Notes under the pieces: generated by a model
Database searches by the model: none
Told to the model about the DNA's origin: nothing
What the model saw: the letters and a program-made list of their open reading frames with translations, nothing else
Position numbers and translations under genes: made by a program
Shown here: positions 28,706 through 38,615 of the stretch, one piece after another
Position numbering within the stretch: the first letter of the stretch is position 1
How the letters are laid out: each line of letters starts with the position of its first letter
Assembly: GCA_039208735.1 (NCBI GenBank)
Contig: JBCCQY010000018.1
Span: 1-64,000, forward strand
DNA: 64,000 bases
Direction: 5' to 3'
DNA from: Myxococcota bacterium
GTDB taxonomy: Bacteria; Myxococcota_A; UBA796; GCA-2862545

Positions 28706-29785
28706 ATGAAGGACATTGCAAAGTTGGTTGGGTTGTTCGCCATCGCGTGCGTGGGGACTGCACCGGATGAGCCCATCACGCCCACCTACGGAGCGAATGC
28801 ATTCGCCTATGAGGCGATGGGCTTCGATGAGATGCTGGCCGATGGATTGACCGGTTCAGGCGTTTCCGTATGCGTCGTCGACACGGGAATCGACGATGCC
28901 CATCCTGCTTTTGCACACGTGCTCGACCGGGACCGCTTGGCATGGGCCGATTTCACGACCGAAGCATCGCCTGTCCCAATCGACACAAACGGTCACGGCA
29001 CGCACGTCGCGGGGATCATTGCCATGAACGAGTCACTCACGGGAGGTGCCCCGTTCATGAACCTGCAGATCGCTAGAGTCTTTACCGAGTCGGGCGGTAC
29101 AGACAACCAAACCATTGCCAACGCGGTGGACTGGTGCCGCGAACAAGAAGCGGACCTCATCTCGATGTCGCTTGGCGGGTTGACACTACCGGCGATCGAC
29201 GGGTTGCTTAACCAAGATGCGAGCGTAAGCGAGGCCGCGGTCGAGCGAGCCCTTGATGCGGGAATCTACGTGATTGCAGCGGCGGGCAACACGGAAATCA
29301 CACGAGATGTTGCAACCCCTGCCAACATTCCCGGGGTCATCGCAGTGGGAGCGCTCAACGAGGACGTCGCCACCAAAGCCCCCTTCAGCCAAAGCGGACT
29401 GAACGACGGGATTGTCGTCGTCGCTCGCACAGACCCCAACAAAAAGCCGGAAGTCTCCGCCCCTGGTGTGACCATCACCTCGGCGATGGCCGCAATGTCC
29501 CAGATCGCCAACGACGTCGATGAGTGCCAAGGCACGTTGTACTGCCCCCTCAACGGAACCTCGCAAGCCACGCCGTTCGTGGCCGCCGCGCTGGCGTTGG
29601 TTCTCGAGGCAGTTCCTGAACTGCAGGCCGACCAGGCCGAAGCCGCGAACCCCAGGGACAACGTCTTTGCCGTGAAACAGGCGCTATCGCAGACGGCGGC
29701 GTCGTTGCCAATGCAGGATGAGCCCCATGACGACGGGGTCGGGTATGGGCTCATGGACACACCAAGGCTCTTAGACCGACTCTGA
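28706..29785 (+). CDS. S8 subtilisin-like serine protease, lipoprotein
   Basis: Triad motifs VVDTG, GHGTHVAG and GTSQATP, plus AAAGN. Lipobox FAIAC. GAGGAG RBS. Confidence 0.93.
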   Translation: MKDIAKLVGLFAIACVGTAPDEPITPTYGANAFAYEAMGFDEMLADGLTGSGVSVCVVDTGIDDAHPAFAHVLDRDRLAWADFTTEASPVPIDTNGHGTHVAGIIAMNESLTGGAPFMNLQIARVFTESGGTDNQTIANAVDWCREQEADLISMSLGGLTLPAIDGLLNQDASVSEAAVERALDAGIYVIAAAGNTEITRDVATPANIPGVIAVGALNEDVATKAPFSQSGLNDGIVVVARTDPNKKPEVSAPGVTITSAMAAMSQIANDVDECQGTLYCPLNGTSQATPFVAAALALVLEAVPELQADQAEAANPRDNVFAVKQALSQTAASLPMQDEPHDDGVGYGLMDTPRLLDRL

Positions 29786-29787
29786 CC

Positions 29788-30330
29788 TCACTCTGCCTCT
29801 AGAAGACGCTGGCAAAGCGTATGTGCATCGTCGAACGCCAGGGGATGGCTCTTCATCGTCCACCCCTGGCAGGACCTACCGCGATGGGAAGAATCGTGGA
29901 GGTACGGTCGCTGTTCAATGATAATCTGGCTCACCGCCCGATCACAAGGCCGCCAAGCCCTCGGGAGAAGCGGCTCGAACAATTGCTGCGGGCGCCTCAA
30001 CACAGCGAGCAATCGGTGCTCGATTCCCTCGCGCACGACCACCGCACATGCGCCCTCTAGACAAGTGAGGGGATAGGTTCCACCACATGCGCCGTTGGCC
30101 CGACCAAGGAGTCGCGCCAGATCTTGGTGCCAATCCCCGATGGCCTGACGCTCGGGCATCTCTGCGGTCGCTGGACGTTCCTCACTGAACGTTCGAGACA
30201 GGGGTTGGACCTTCGGCGAGGCCCGCACGAGCTGAGCCGGAGCGTCGGGTGGCGGCAGGAACCACCACAGTGCGCAGCAGGCAAGGGCGATTGTGAGCAC
30301 GCTAACGAAAGCAAGAAGGCGGCGAAGCAC
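29788..30330 (-). CDS. Hypothetical membrane-anchored Cys-containing protein
   Basis: N-terminal hydrophobic helix and six spaced Cys in the soluble part. Fills the gap between neighbours. Confidence 0.55.
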   Translation of the reverse strand: MLRRLLAFVSVLTIALACCALWWFLPPPDAPAQLVRASPKVQPLSRTFSEERPATAEMPERQAIGDWHQDLARLLGRANGACGGTYPLTCLEGACAVVVREGIEHRLLAVLRRPQQLFEPLLPRAWRPCDRAVSQIIIEQRPYLHDSSHRGRSCQGWTMKSHPLAFDDAHTLCQRLLEAE

Positions 30331-30532
30331 GGAATCACGTCACGAAGAGTGGCACGGAGCGGCGAGGTAACTGTTTCGAATCCGACAACGACCAAGACTC
30401 ATCATTTTAGCACGCCGCATGAGGCGTATGCGAGCCTCCCCTCCGCGCGGCGTAAGGGAAGGGTTAGGGAACCGCCTCGATCCACCCCAGTGCCCAAGCT
30501 AGCTCCGCAACAGGGTCAACGAGGAGGAACGG

Positions 30533-31246
30533 GTGACGCAGACGAAGTTGCGAGTGGGCGTGGTCGCCATGGTTGGATTGTTGGCGGCGTGCACTGGGGC
30601 CGACGACGATGCGCCTCGCCAAAGCCCGGAGGTCCGCAATCTGACGGGAACCGCGGCCGCATTGGCCGAGGTCATCGAGAAGGGGCTGCGGCACAACAAC
30701 GGCTACATGGACGCCTACGAGCGTGCCCGGAATTCGATGCTTGGCATGGGCGACGATGGCGCCGCCTTTGCCGGAGACAAAACCTCGATCTCGGGCAACA
30801 TCGAGGCCGACCTTGAACAAGACGGCACCAGGGAAACGGCATTGTTCATGACCGTTAGGGGAGAACGCGACACGTTCGGCTCAAAGCTGACCGCATCGGT
30901 GAGCCAGGGGTCGATGCCGGGCGATGACCTCATCTCGATCTTCGCCGACGTACGGATCGACATTGGTAAAATGTCGGTCGAAGCCGAAAACATCTCGGGC
31001 TCCTACGAAGGTGAAGAAGCCAGCGTGTTCCTCTCCGACGGGCAGCTTTCGTACCCCATCATGGGCCCCTCGACGGGAGATGTCATCGGCACGGTGCAGT
31101 ACTCGGCCTACGATGACTCCTTCGCGGAGTTCTTGGTGGGGGAGATGGCGGCTGAGGTCGCAGATGACGGCTTCAACGTTCGCGTGACCATCGACGACGA
31201 TCCAAAGACCCCCGAAGATGAGTCGGACTCCTTCGTGGTGCTGTAG
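30533..31246 (+). CDS. Hypothetical acidic lipoprotein
   Basis: GAGGAGG RBS, lipobox GLLAAC, beta-rich acidic sequence. Confidence 0.78.
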   Translation: MTQTKLRVGVVAMVGLLAACTGADDDAPRQSPEVRNLTGTAAALAEVIEKGLRHNNGYMDAYERARNSMLGMGDDGAAFAGDKTSISGNIEADLEQDGTRETALFMTVRGERDTFGSKLTASVSQGSMPGDDLISIFADVRIDIGKMSVEAENISGSYEGEEASVFLSDGQLSYPIMGPSTGDVIGTVQYSAYDDSFAEFLVGEMAAEVADDGFNVRVTIDDDPKTPEDESDSFVVL

Positions 31247-31329
31247 GCACATCGACACGCCTCGTTCGTTGTCGATGGGCTCGGTCGACGATGCCTAAGA
31301 CAAACGGCCGTCAAAGCGACCTCACACGG

Positions 31330-31360
31330 ACTTGACCAAGAGAAAGGGTCCAAGTAGAGG
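31330..31360 (+). promoter_or_regulatory. Candidate TA promoter/operator
   Basis: TTGACC-N17-TAGAGG, overlapped by the imperfect inverted repeat acttgacc...ggtccaagt, just before the antitoxin ATG. Confidence 0.45.
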
Positions 31361-31365
31361 AGGGC

Positions 31366-31590
31366 ATGAAGACGGCCAACATCCATGAAGCCAAGGCGCA
31401 CCTTTCCGAACTCGTCGAACGAGCATTGAAAGGGGAGGAAGTCATCATTGCAAAGCGCGGTGTGCCCATGGTTCGGCTGGTCGCCGTGACCCCTCCGAGT
31501 AGCCGTCGGTTCCTCGGATCTCGCAAGGGTCAAATCCGCGTGGCCGAGGACTTTGACGCCCCCCTCGACGACTTCGCCGATTACCGATGA
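31366..31590 (+). CDS. Type II antitoxin, Phd/YefM family
   Basis: NIHEAKAHLSELVERALKGEEVIIAKRGVPMVRL, with C-terminal DFDAPLDDF. Confidence 0.93.
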   Translation: MKTANIHEAKAHLSELVERALKGEEVIIAKRGVPMVRLVAVTPPSSRRFLGSRKGQIRVAEDFDAPLDDFADYR

Positions 31591-31976
31591 GACCCTTGCT
31601 CCTGGACACCCACGCCCTGCTGTGGCTCCTCACCGACGATCCAAAGTTCGGCTCGAAAGCCAAAACCGCCTTTCTCGATCCCTCCCGGCCCGTGCGGCTG
31701 AGCATTGCAAGCCTGTGGGAAATGGCCATCAAAATCAGTATTGGGAAGCTTTCGGTTGACTTTTCGCTGCACGATCTGGTGCAGCATGACCTTCCCGCCC
31801 AGTCGATCGATCTGCTAAACATCGAGCCGCGACACATCGAGCGCGTGGTGAGCTTACCGTTTCACCATCGCGACCCCTTCGATCGGGTGCTGGTTGCGCA
31901 GGCCCACGCGGACGGGCTCCTCATTGCAAGCGGGGACGTGACTCTCGACGCTTATGGGGTGACCCGCATTTGGTAG
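31587..31976 (+). CDS. vapC: Type II toxin, VapC/PIN domain
   Basis: LLLDTHALLW, SIASLWEMAIK and HHRDPFDRVLVAQA. ATGA overlap with the antitoxin. Confidence 0.93.
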   Translation: MRPLLLDTHALLWLLTDDPKFGSKAKTAFLDPSRPVRLSIASLWEMAIKISIGKLSVDFSLHDLVQHDLPAQSIDLLNIEPRHIERVVSLPFHHRDPFDRVLVAQAHADGLLIASGDVTLDAYGVTRIW

Positions 31977-32098
31977 ATTCACGAGCTGGACAAGACACCG
32001 ACCCAGCGCGTTCCTTCCCGATTGAGCGCAACGTTTGGTGGCAAAGTGTCCGGCTCCCGTTTTGCCATGGTGTAGAACCCTGGAAAAGGGAGCAGAGC

Positions 32099-33880
32099 AT
32101 GATTTGGCTTGTGGTGGGGTTCTTGGCCTGCGGAAAGTCCGTTCCTGTCTATGGTGTGGAGCCTACCGCGCCATCAGCCGCCACGGTCACCTTTGGCTTT
32201 GCCCCCGAAGCGGGCCCCGTCGCGCGCACGCGGATGGTGCGGTCGATCATCGAGGCTCCGGGACCGGTTCGAGGAACCGTGGTGTCCTGGAACGAGCAGG
32301 TGCAAGCCGAACGAGACGGAGCAGGATTTCGCCTGCGCATTCAACGGGAGGCGCCGGAGGTTCAGAGCGTTGGGCTGCCCAACGGAGACCAAATGCAAGC
32401 CGCCCTCTTCCAGCATCGGTTGCTTCCCCGAGACCAGACGATGCGGATTTCGGGCGGAGGGGCCTTCGAACGCCTCACGTTTAAGGATGTCGAAGCAACC
32501 CTTCAGGGGGTTCGCGATGACCTGTCTGGTGCAGTGCTGGAAGGGGAGCAGGCCGATGACGTCCTGGCGGCGTTCCATGGGATGGTCACCTCGGAGAACC
32601 TAAACGCACTCGCAAACAACGAATGGTCGTTGGGGTCAGGATTCTTTGCCGGAAATCCCACGCTGGAATTCGGCGAGACGTATGCATTAAAGAGTGCCTC
32701 TCCGCTGCCCCTGATGGGGCCGCAGCCGGTGTCGTCCAACGTGAACTTCGTGGTCCTCAGACCGGTCGCCTGCCATGCGGAAGCTTCGAGCTTCGATTGT
32801 GTTGAGTTGGTCGTGTACACCGAACTCGACGGGGAGGCGGTCGCCGAGCGGATTTCGGCCCTGATGGCGACCGCCGGCCCCGGTCCGAAGATTGAGTCGA
32901 TCGAAAGTCTGGAACGGGCCGAGGTTATCATCAACCCTGCAACCCTTTCGATCTGGCGCTCCGTGAAGGAACGAACCGTTCAGATGCGGATCGGCGACGA
33001 GGACATTCGCCGGCGGTTCGTCACCGTCGACGAACGGATTCATGAAGGACGGGCCTCCAGTCGGCCATCCACATCCCTGGTCGACGCACGATCGCAACGG
33101 ACCACCAATGTCACCCCAAGCCCAAGTGCATCACCGCCTGCGACCCCCGAGGCACCCTTCGCGTTGGTTCAGTATCCATCCCCGGTGGGCTCTCTTGCTG
33201 CCTATGTGACGGAGGACCCCCAAGATGGAAAGCGTCATCCCGCCATTGTTTGGATCACTGGTGGGGACTGCAACACCATCAGTGACGTTTGGACCCCGCA
33301 GCCGAGAGAAAACGACCAGAGTGCAGCAGCCTACCGCGAACGCGGAATGGTGATATTGTTCCCCTCGCTTCGGGGTGGCAACGACAATCCCGGAAAGCGA
33401 GAGGGGTTCTTGGGCGAAGTCGATGACGTGCTCGCTGCCACCACCTTCCTTGCCTCGCTGCCCTACGTCGACCCCGACCGCATTTACCTAGGAGGCCACA
33501 GCACCGGTGGTACGCTTGCGCTCTTGGTGGCCGCCTCGACGGACCGCTACCGGGGTGTTTTCGCCTTTGGGCCGGTGGGAACGCCGCTTGGCTACGGAGG
33601 CGAGTTTACGTACGCGGACATGTCTGATCCTTGGGAGCGCCGTTTGCGGGAGCCTCGAAACTGGATCCATGCCATCACGTCACCGACGTGGATCTTTGAG
33701 GGGCGTGACGGAAACATCGACGCCTTGTGGTCGTTGAAGACCTGGGCGGGTGAGGCGCCCATCACGTTCGTTGAGCTGCCTGGTGATCACTTTGACGGCT
33801 TGGCGCCGACCAACGAGGGGCTTGCCGCTGCGATCCTGGACGGCACCATTGGTCCGGCTCCGACGGGCGCGACCCCGTAG
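32099..33880 (+). CDS. Lipoprotein: unknown N-terminal domain fused to an S9-like alpha/beta hydrolase
   Basis: Lipobox GFLAC, Pro/Ser/Thr linker, SLRGGNDNPG, nucleophile motif GHSTGG, and GDHF. Confidence 0.85.
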   Translation: MIWLVVGFLACGKSVPVYGVEPTAPSAATVTFGFAPEAGPVARTRMVRSIIEAPGPVRGTVVSWNEQVQAERDGAGFRLRIQREAPEVQSVGLPNGDQMQAALFQHRLLPRDQTMRISGGGAFERLTFKDVEATLQGVRDDLSGAVLEGEQADDVLAAFHGMVTSENLNALANNEWSLGSGFFAGNPTLEFGETYALKSASPLPLMGPQPVSSNVNFVVLRPVACHAEASSFDCVELVVYTELDGEAVAERISALMATAGPGPKIESIESLERAEVIINPATLSIWRSVKERTVQMRIGDEDIRRRFVTVDERIHEGRASSRPSTSLVDARSQRTTNVTPSPSASPPATPEAPFALVQYPSPVGSLAAYVTEDPQDGKRHPAIVWITGGDCNTISDVWTPQPRENDQSAAAYRERGMVILFPSLRGGNDNPGKREGFLGEVDDVLAATTFLASLPYVDPDRIYLGGHSTGGTLALLVAASTDRYRGVFAFGPVGTPLGYGGEFTYADMSDPWERRLREPRNWIHAITSPTWIFEGRDGNIDALWSLKTWAGEAPITFVELPGDHFDGLAPTNEGLAAAILDGTIGPAPTGATP

Positions 33881-34085
33881 CCGACGGGAGCCGGCAACCT
33901 GGCGAGAAGCTGCGGTCGTAGCCACGATGCGCCGCCGGGACCTTCACGGCCAGTGCGTCCACGACGAAATCTGGGATCTCCCCGTTCCCGCAGCTCCCCT
34001 CGTCGTCGAGGTCGAACTCACCCGTTGAGGGTGGGCTTTCCCATTTCGGAGACCACAGCTAAAGCTCGACCTGCAGGAGGTCGAC

Positions 34086-35057
34086 GTGGCCAAGCGGTTG
34101 GAGACTCTGATCGACGGCACCCCAGAGGCGGATGGGGTCATCGCGATGCTGAATTCGGAGTCGACAACGTTCGACCTCCTTGACGGGGAGGTCGGGTTGG
34201 ACCGCAGGGCCGCCCAGAACCTGGTAGCGCGCCGTGAAGGGCCGCAAGGGCGGTTTCAGACGGTTCATGATCTCGACGCGGTTCCGTGGGTCGGTGAAGC
34301 GGCCCTCCAGCGGCTGCTCGATTACGCCCGTAGAGCAGGATGGGTACGGATTCAGTTTCGCTACGGGCGTGTCGAAGGGGTGGATTTCACGACGTTTCAG
34401 GCGTGGGCGACGGTGCAGCTTGCGAATGAGGGGTCGAGACAGGTCCTCGACGAACAGGTACCGCTCGACCGACGAGCTGCAGGTGCCCTCGTCAATGGTC
34501 GCCCATTCGCCACCGTCGAGGAGGTTGCACAGGCGTTCTATGTCGGCCCGGCCGGCCTTGCCGCACTTCGGGATTTCGCGGAACGGTGGAGTGGACCAGG
34601 ACTTTTGTCCACGGACGCAGCCCAAGCTGTGTTGGGCGACGCGACGGTCGGCCTGGTCCACGTCAGCGACATTGACGAGCGACTCACCGTGGTCACCATC
34701 CGCGGTGTGGCTTCGATCAATTCGGATTCCGCCGAGCAGGTTCTCGCGGGGGTGTATGTGCCGAGGGCGGGCGAGGCGACCCTTGCCGATCGCGTCGTCG
34801 AGGAGGTGACCCTTGCTCGCTACTTCGACGGCTACACGGTCGAAGACCCGTTTTGGGATGACGACCACCGAGCCGCGGCCCGGCGATGGCGACTGCTTAG
34901 GGCCATCGTCGAGGAGCAACTCATCGCTTCGACCGTGCTTCGGCTCGGCGAATACGCCGTGGGCCCAGGAGTCGGGGGGGGCATCGACATCTTCGTGCTT
35001 GGAACCACGACAGACGGCGACCTGACCGGTTTCGCAACCATCTCTGTCGAGCCTTAA
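34086..35057 (+). CDS. Tandem helix-hairpin-helix domains fused to a nuclease A inhibitor (NuiA)-like domain
   Basis: Two LDRRAAxxLV...FxTVxxL/V...VGxAxL repeats. C-terminal VEEVTLARYF...IDIFVLGTTTDGDLTGFATISVEP matches the NuiA pattern. Confidence 0.75.
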   Translation: MAKRLETLIDGTPEADGVIAMLNSESTTFDLLDGEVGLDRRAAQNLVARREGPQGRFQTVHDLDAVPWVGEAALQRLLDYARRAGWVRIQFRYGRVEGVDFTTFQAWATVQLANEGSRQVLDEQVPLDRRAAGALVNGRPFATVEEVAQAFYVGPAGLAALRDFAERWSGPGLLSTDAAQAVLGDATVGLVHVSDIDERLTVVTIRGVASINSDSAEQVLAGVYVPRAGEATLADRVVEEVTLARYFDGYTVEDPFWDDDHRAAARRWRLLRAIVEEQLIASTVLRLGEYAVGPGVGGGIDIFVLGTTTDGDLTGFATISVEP

Positions 35058-35076
35058 GCAAACGCCGCTACCTGGG

Positions 35077-35949
35077 TCAGCGTGCGCGCCCAATACCTAG
35101 GGTTTCTGCAATATTGGCCTGCGGCACCAACTTGGGCACCAAGGTGCCATCCGTGGCGGTGAGCAGGCTTGTGACGCCCGGGCCGTGCCCCCCTTTGAAA
35201 CTATCGCCGTGGATAATGATGCCAATGATCACGCCGCCCTTCTTGGTTGTCCAGCCATGGGTGGCGTGGTGGTCTGTGATGGCCACGAAGTCACCGAGTC
35301 GCAACGTGGCCAGTCCGTGCTCGGCAAGAAGATCGTTGTCGGCCGTCTGAATGTCGTAGTCGCCAGCGAACGGCATGCTGCTACCAATGCCCGAACCCAT
35401 CAGGCCTCCCGGAACAATGGCAACAACCGGCACATGCAGCTTGCCGCCGACCTCCTCGATCCCCATCTTTACGAGCAGTCCGGGGTCCAAGTTCCAGGGC
35501 TTCACCGTTGGGTAATCGAGGAGTTCAAGCCCCGGGCCAACCGAGCGAACGAGGAGTTTGTCCTCGTAGGACATTCGTTCCAACACCTCGTCAGCGAAAT
35601 CGACCATCACCGTCTCGATCCCGCCGTGCTTGCCGGTGACCACCCCTTCTTCGCCCTTTGCATCGCCACTCATGATGCGTACGCGATTGCCGACACACGC
35701 AAAACCCTGCAACGCAAAGTTCGGATCCTTTCGTCCTCCCTGGCCTGCGATCATAGAAACGCAGGGCTCAAGATGATCAGCCGGCCAACCGTAGACCGAA
35801 TCGCCAACCTTCACATTGTAAAGAATGCCGCCGGTTCGATGACTAAAGAATGGCTCCCCTTCATGAGAGACCTGCCACGAACTGCCGGTAGGGTGGCGAG
35901 GCTTGCCGGGAACAGCCATGTGCGGAAGACGGTCTTCGTTTGTGCGCAT
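35077..35949 (-). CDS. DUF4438 family protein
   Basis: MRTNEDRL start, GGILYNVKVGD, DHLEPCVS, VTGKHGG, MGSGIG, DYDIQT and GHGPGVT. Confidence 0.85.
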   Translation of the reverse strand: MRTNEDRLPHMAVPGKPRHPTGSSWQVSHEGEPFFSHRTGGILYNVKVGDSVYGWPADHLEPCVSMIAGQGGRKDPNFALQGFACVGNRVRIMSGDAKGEEGVVTGKHGGIETVMVDFADEVLERMSYEDKLLVRSVGPGLELLDYPTVKPWNLDPGLLVKMGIEEVGGKLHVPVVAIVPGGLMGSGIGSSMPFAGDYDIQTADNDLLAEHGLATLRLGDFVAITDHHATHGWTTKKGGVIIGIIIHGDSFKGGHGPGVTSLLTATDGTLVPKLVPQANIAETLGIGRAR

Positions 35950-36007
35950 GGGGCCTGTTATCCAACTCCGCGACAGACCGGCTGGATGTGACGCATCTGA
36001 CGGCACT

Positions 36008-36313
36008 CTAATCAGCGGGTGGAACATCGCCTGTGAGTGGAGCTTCATCGGACGGACGGTCTTGCTTCACCGCCAGTTTCGCTGCCTCGTGAGCGGCAAG
36101 GATGCGCCGGGCATGTGGCAGGAATGCACGACCTGCCTCCGTGAGTTTGACCCCCCGAGCGCGTCGCTCGAACAACGTCGCACCGAGCTCCGCCTCTAGG
36201 GCCTGGATCCGACGCGTAAGCGGCGGCTGGGTCACGTGAAGTCGAGGTGCGGCCCGAACAAAGGCCCCTTCCTCAGCTAGCACAACAAAACTGCGGATGT
36301 GGACGTCGGACAT
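36008..36313 (-). CDS. LysR-type regulator, HTH and linker helix only (about 101 aa)
   Basis: FVVLAEEGAFVRAAPRLHVTQPPLTRRIQALEAELGATLFER...LTEAG, with no substrate-binding domain. Confidence 0.82.
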   Translation of the reverse strand: MSDVHIRSFVVLAEEGAFVRAAPRLHVTQPPLTRRIQALEAELGATLFERRARGVKLTEAGRAFLPHARRILAAHEAAKLAVKQDRPSDEAPLTGDVPPAD

Positions 36314-36359
36314 CGGACCAGCCCCGTCGCTCCGTATCGCGGTCCAACGCGGACGGCAT

Positions 36360-36374
36360 ATGCGACCTTGGTAT
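36360..36374. promoter_or_regulatory. LysR-type binding site ATGC-N7-GTAT
   Basis: One mismatch to the BenM/CatM-type ATAC-N7-GTAT (T-N11-A) box. Lies between the divergent lysR and map genes. Confidence 0.6.
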
Positions 36375-36408
36375 GGGTCGCGTGGCGCCATTCGAGCGAA
36401 GAAGTGCC

Positions 36409-37197
36409 ATGGAACTCGTCAATCTCTCTGGTATGCGCCGGGCTGGCCGCTCGGCCGCCGCCACCCTCGCCAATGCGGCTCGCATCCTACGTCCTGGCCT
36501 CGCGACCGCTGCCATCGACCGGCTCGTCCGCACGGACACCAAGCGGCGAGGAGGCCGCCCCAGCCAACTCGGCTATCACGGCTTTCCAGCCTCCGTTTGT
36601 GTGAGCCGCAACCACGTGGTCTGCCACGGGATTCCCAAGGACAGCGAAATCCTGGAAGACGGCGACATCGTGAACATCGACGTCACCACCGAGCTGGACG
36701 GCTGGAACGGCGACTGTTCCGCCACCTTCTTCGTGGGCCGACCTTCCCCCGAGGCCACACACGTGGTCGACGTGGCCCGCCGCTGTCGAGACGTCGGCAT
36801 CGCGGCCGTTCAGCCGGGAGCAACGATCGGAGATATCGCCGCGGTGATCATGGAGCTCGCCGCCAGCGAAGGCTGTTCGATCGTCGAGGAGTACGGCGGT
36901 CACGGCATCGGCCGTAAGATGCATCAGCCTCCCTCGGTGATGTACGTGGGCGAACGTGGAGATGGGATGGTGCTTCGCCCGGGCATGGCGATCACCATCG
37001 AGCCCATGATCAACCTGGGGAGTTCGACGGTCCGAGTGTTGGATGATGGCTGGACCGTCGTCACGGCCGATGGCCAGCTTTCCGCCCAGTTCGAGCACAC
37101 CGTCGTGGTGACCGAAGAGGGCGCGGTCGTCACCACCCGCGGCCCCGTGTCGGCAGGTGGCACGGCGGGGCGCCGGTCGGGACGTCGCCGTCGCTAA
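36409..37197 (+). CDS. map: Type I methionine aminopeptidase
   Basis: GFPASVCVSRNHVVCHGIP, GDIVNIDVT, GHGIG, TIEPMIN and SAQFEHT. Confidence 0.95.
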   Translation: MELVNLSGMRRAGRSAAATLANAARILRPGLATAAIDRLVRTDTKRRGGRPSQLGYHGFPASVCVSRNHVVCHGIPKDSEILEDGDIVNIDVTTELDGWNGDCSATFFVGRPSPEATHVVDVARRCRDVGIAAVQPGATIGDIAAVIMELAASEGCSIVEEYGGHGIGRKMHQPPSVMYVGERGDGMVLRPGMAITIEPMINLGSSTVRVLDDGWTVVTADGQLSAQFEHTVVVTEEGAVVTTRGPVSAGGTAGRRSGRRRR

Positions 37198-37205
37198 AGC
37201 CAATT

Positions 37206-38615
37206 CTAAAGGTCTGACCTCCAAATCAGAACCATTCCCAGGGCCCATGCCGCGAGAGCCCACATCCCGAGCGACCGAAGGGGAGTTCCAATCCGGACTG
37301 CGTCCGGCACAAAGGGCATGGAAGACTCCCGCAACAGCGCCTCGAAGTCGGCCACGCCAAGCTCACGCTGAGACCCCGTTTCCTCCAACAACCAGGTGAT
37401 TCGCTGACGCGTGGAGCGGATCACGTGTCCCCGAAACGCCACCGCCACTTCCTGGCCCACCCCGGCGAGTCCCTCGAACCCCTGCGCCAACGCAATGGCG
37501 GGCGATGCCCACACCGTCCAGGCGATAGCTCGAGCGGTTTCAGCCTCCCGCGCCATCTGGGCCTCATGGCTCTCCTCAACCAGCGCGAAGGTGAGCCCTG
37601 CAAAGATTGGATCACGGATCGGCCGGGGAAGATCATCGGCTTGAAAAGCGGGCAACCCGGCCGCGGCGGGAAACGTTCCCCGCAGCCTGGCTCTCAACTC
37701 GTCAGGCTCCAACTTGAAGATTGCGTACTGTTGCGTCCGCACCGACATGGACCGATCGACCGCGTACTCCGCACTCACCTGCGCGAGCGCCCACTCCGAC
37801 ATCGCTGCCGGCAAGACGACACACAACAGCGCCCAGACCAGTCCGTACGAAAACGCGCCATCCTGTAGGCGAGATGCGGTGGCCCCCGTCGCCAGCGACA
37901 CGCCGCCCCAGAACACGGTGTAGAGCACCGCCAAGCCCACCAGGCCCGCCGTAGACTCAAGGTCCGGACGCGCTCCTCCCACGCAGGCCCCACAGACCGC
38001 AACGACCACCGTGGCCGCGATTCCTGTCACCACCACCGTTCGGGCGACAAACCAGAACCCAGCCCGCCCGGCCTGTACCGCAACGGCGCGGTCCACCGCG
38101 TGTTCGCGCTCCCACGAGCCAATGCCCAGGCCCAAGATGCCCACCAGGATGGGGATGAAGAGAACGAAGACGAACACGAGGTCGAGGGACGCGGCCCGCG
38201 AAAACTCAGGGTTCTCGATTCGAACCCCCTCGGCGTTGGAGGGGTTGGCCCAGCGATCGAGCTTGATGGCTACCGGAGCCTCGTCCACTGCACCCGCGGC
38301 AATCCCTGCCAGCGGCGCGGGATGGCGCACCAGCCTCGTACCCGCACGAACGTCCTGCCAGGCCGGCTGGGTAATGTCGATCCAATCCTGGTCCTCAGGC
38401 CCCTTCTGACCCCGCTCGAACCAGCCTCTGACCTCCGCTACGGCCTTGGCCTCTTCTTGTTTCGCGGACTGGACGGCGGCGACCCATTCCCCATGGGAAC
38501 GTTGCCCCACGGCCAGTGCGTAGAGGCTCGCCCCCACGAACAACCCGATGATCAGGAGGACCGCCGGCGAACGCCTCGTCATCCGGAGCTGATGCTGAAA
38601 CGCTGCACCGATCAC
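37206..38615 (-). CDS. ABC-2 type permease, DUF3526 family
   Basis: Multiple TM helices and ENP...LDLVFVFVLFIP. GTGA overlap with the upstream permease. Confidence 0.85.
   Translation of the reverse strand: MIGAAFQHQLRMTRRSPAVLLIIGLFVGASLYALAVGQRSHGEWVAAVQSAKQEEAKAVAEVRGWFERGQKGPEDQDWIDITQPAWQDVRAGTRLVRHPAPLAGIAAGAVDEAPVAIKLDRWANPSNAEGVRIENPEFSRAASLDLVFVFVLFIPILVGILGLGIGSWEREHAVDRAVAVQAGRAGFWFVARTVVVTGIAATVVVAVCGACVGGARPDLESTAGLVGLAVLYTVFWGGVSLATGATASRLQDGAFSYGLVWALLCVVLPAAMSEWALAQVSAEYAVDRSMSVRTQQYAIFKLEPDELRARLRGTFPAAAGLPAFQADDLPRPIRDPIFAGLTFALVEESHEAQMAREAETARAIAWTVWASPAIALAQGFEGLAGVGQEVAVAFRGHVIRSTRQRITWLLEETGSQRELGVADFEALLRESSMPFVPDAVRIGTPLRSLGMWALAAWALGMVLIWRSDL

Noticed and set aside
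31366..31976. TA pair as a novel system or prophage marker
   Set aside because: Ordinary Phd-VapC module with no integrase or phage genes around it.
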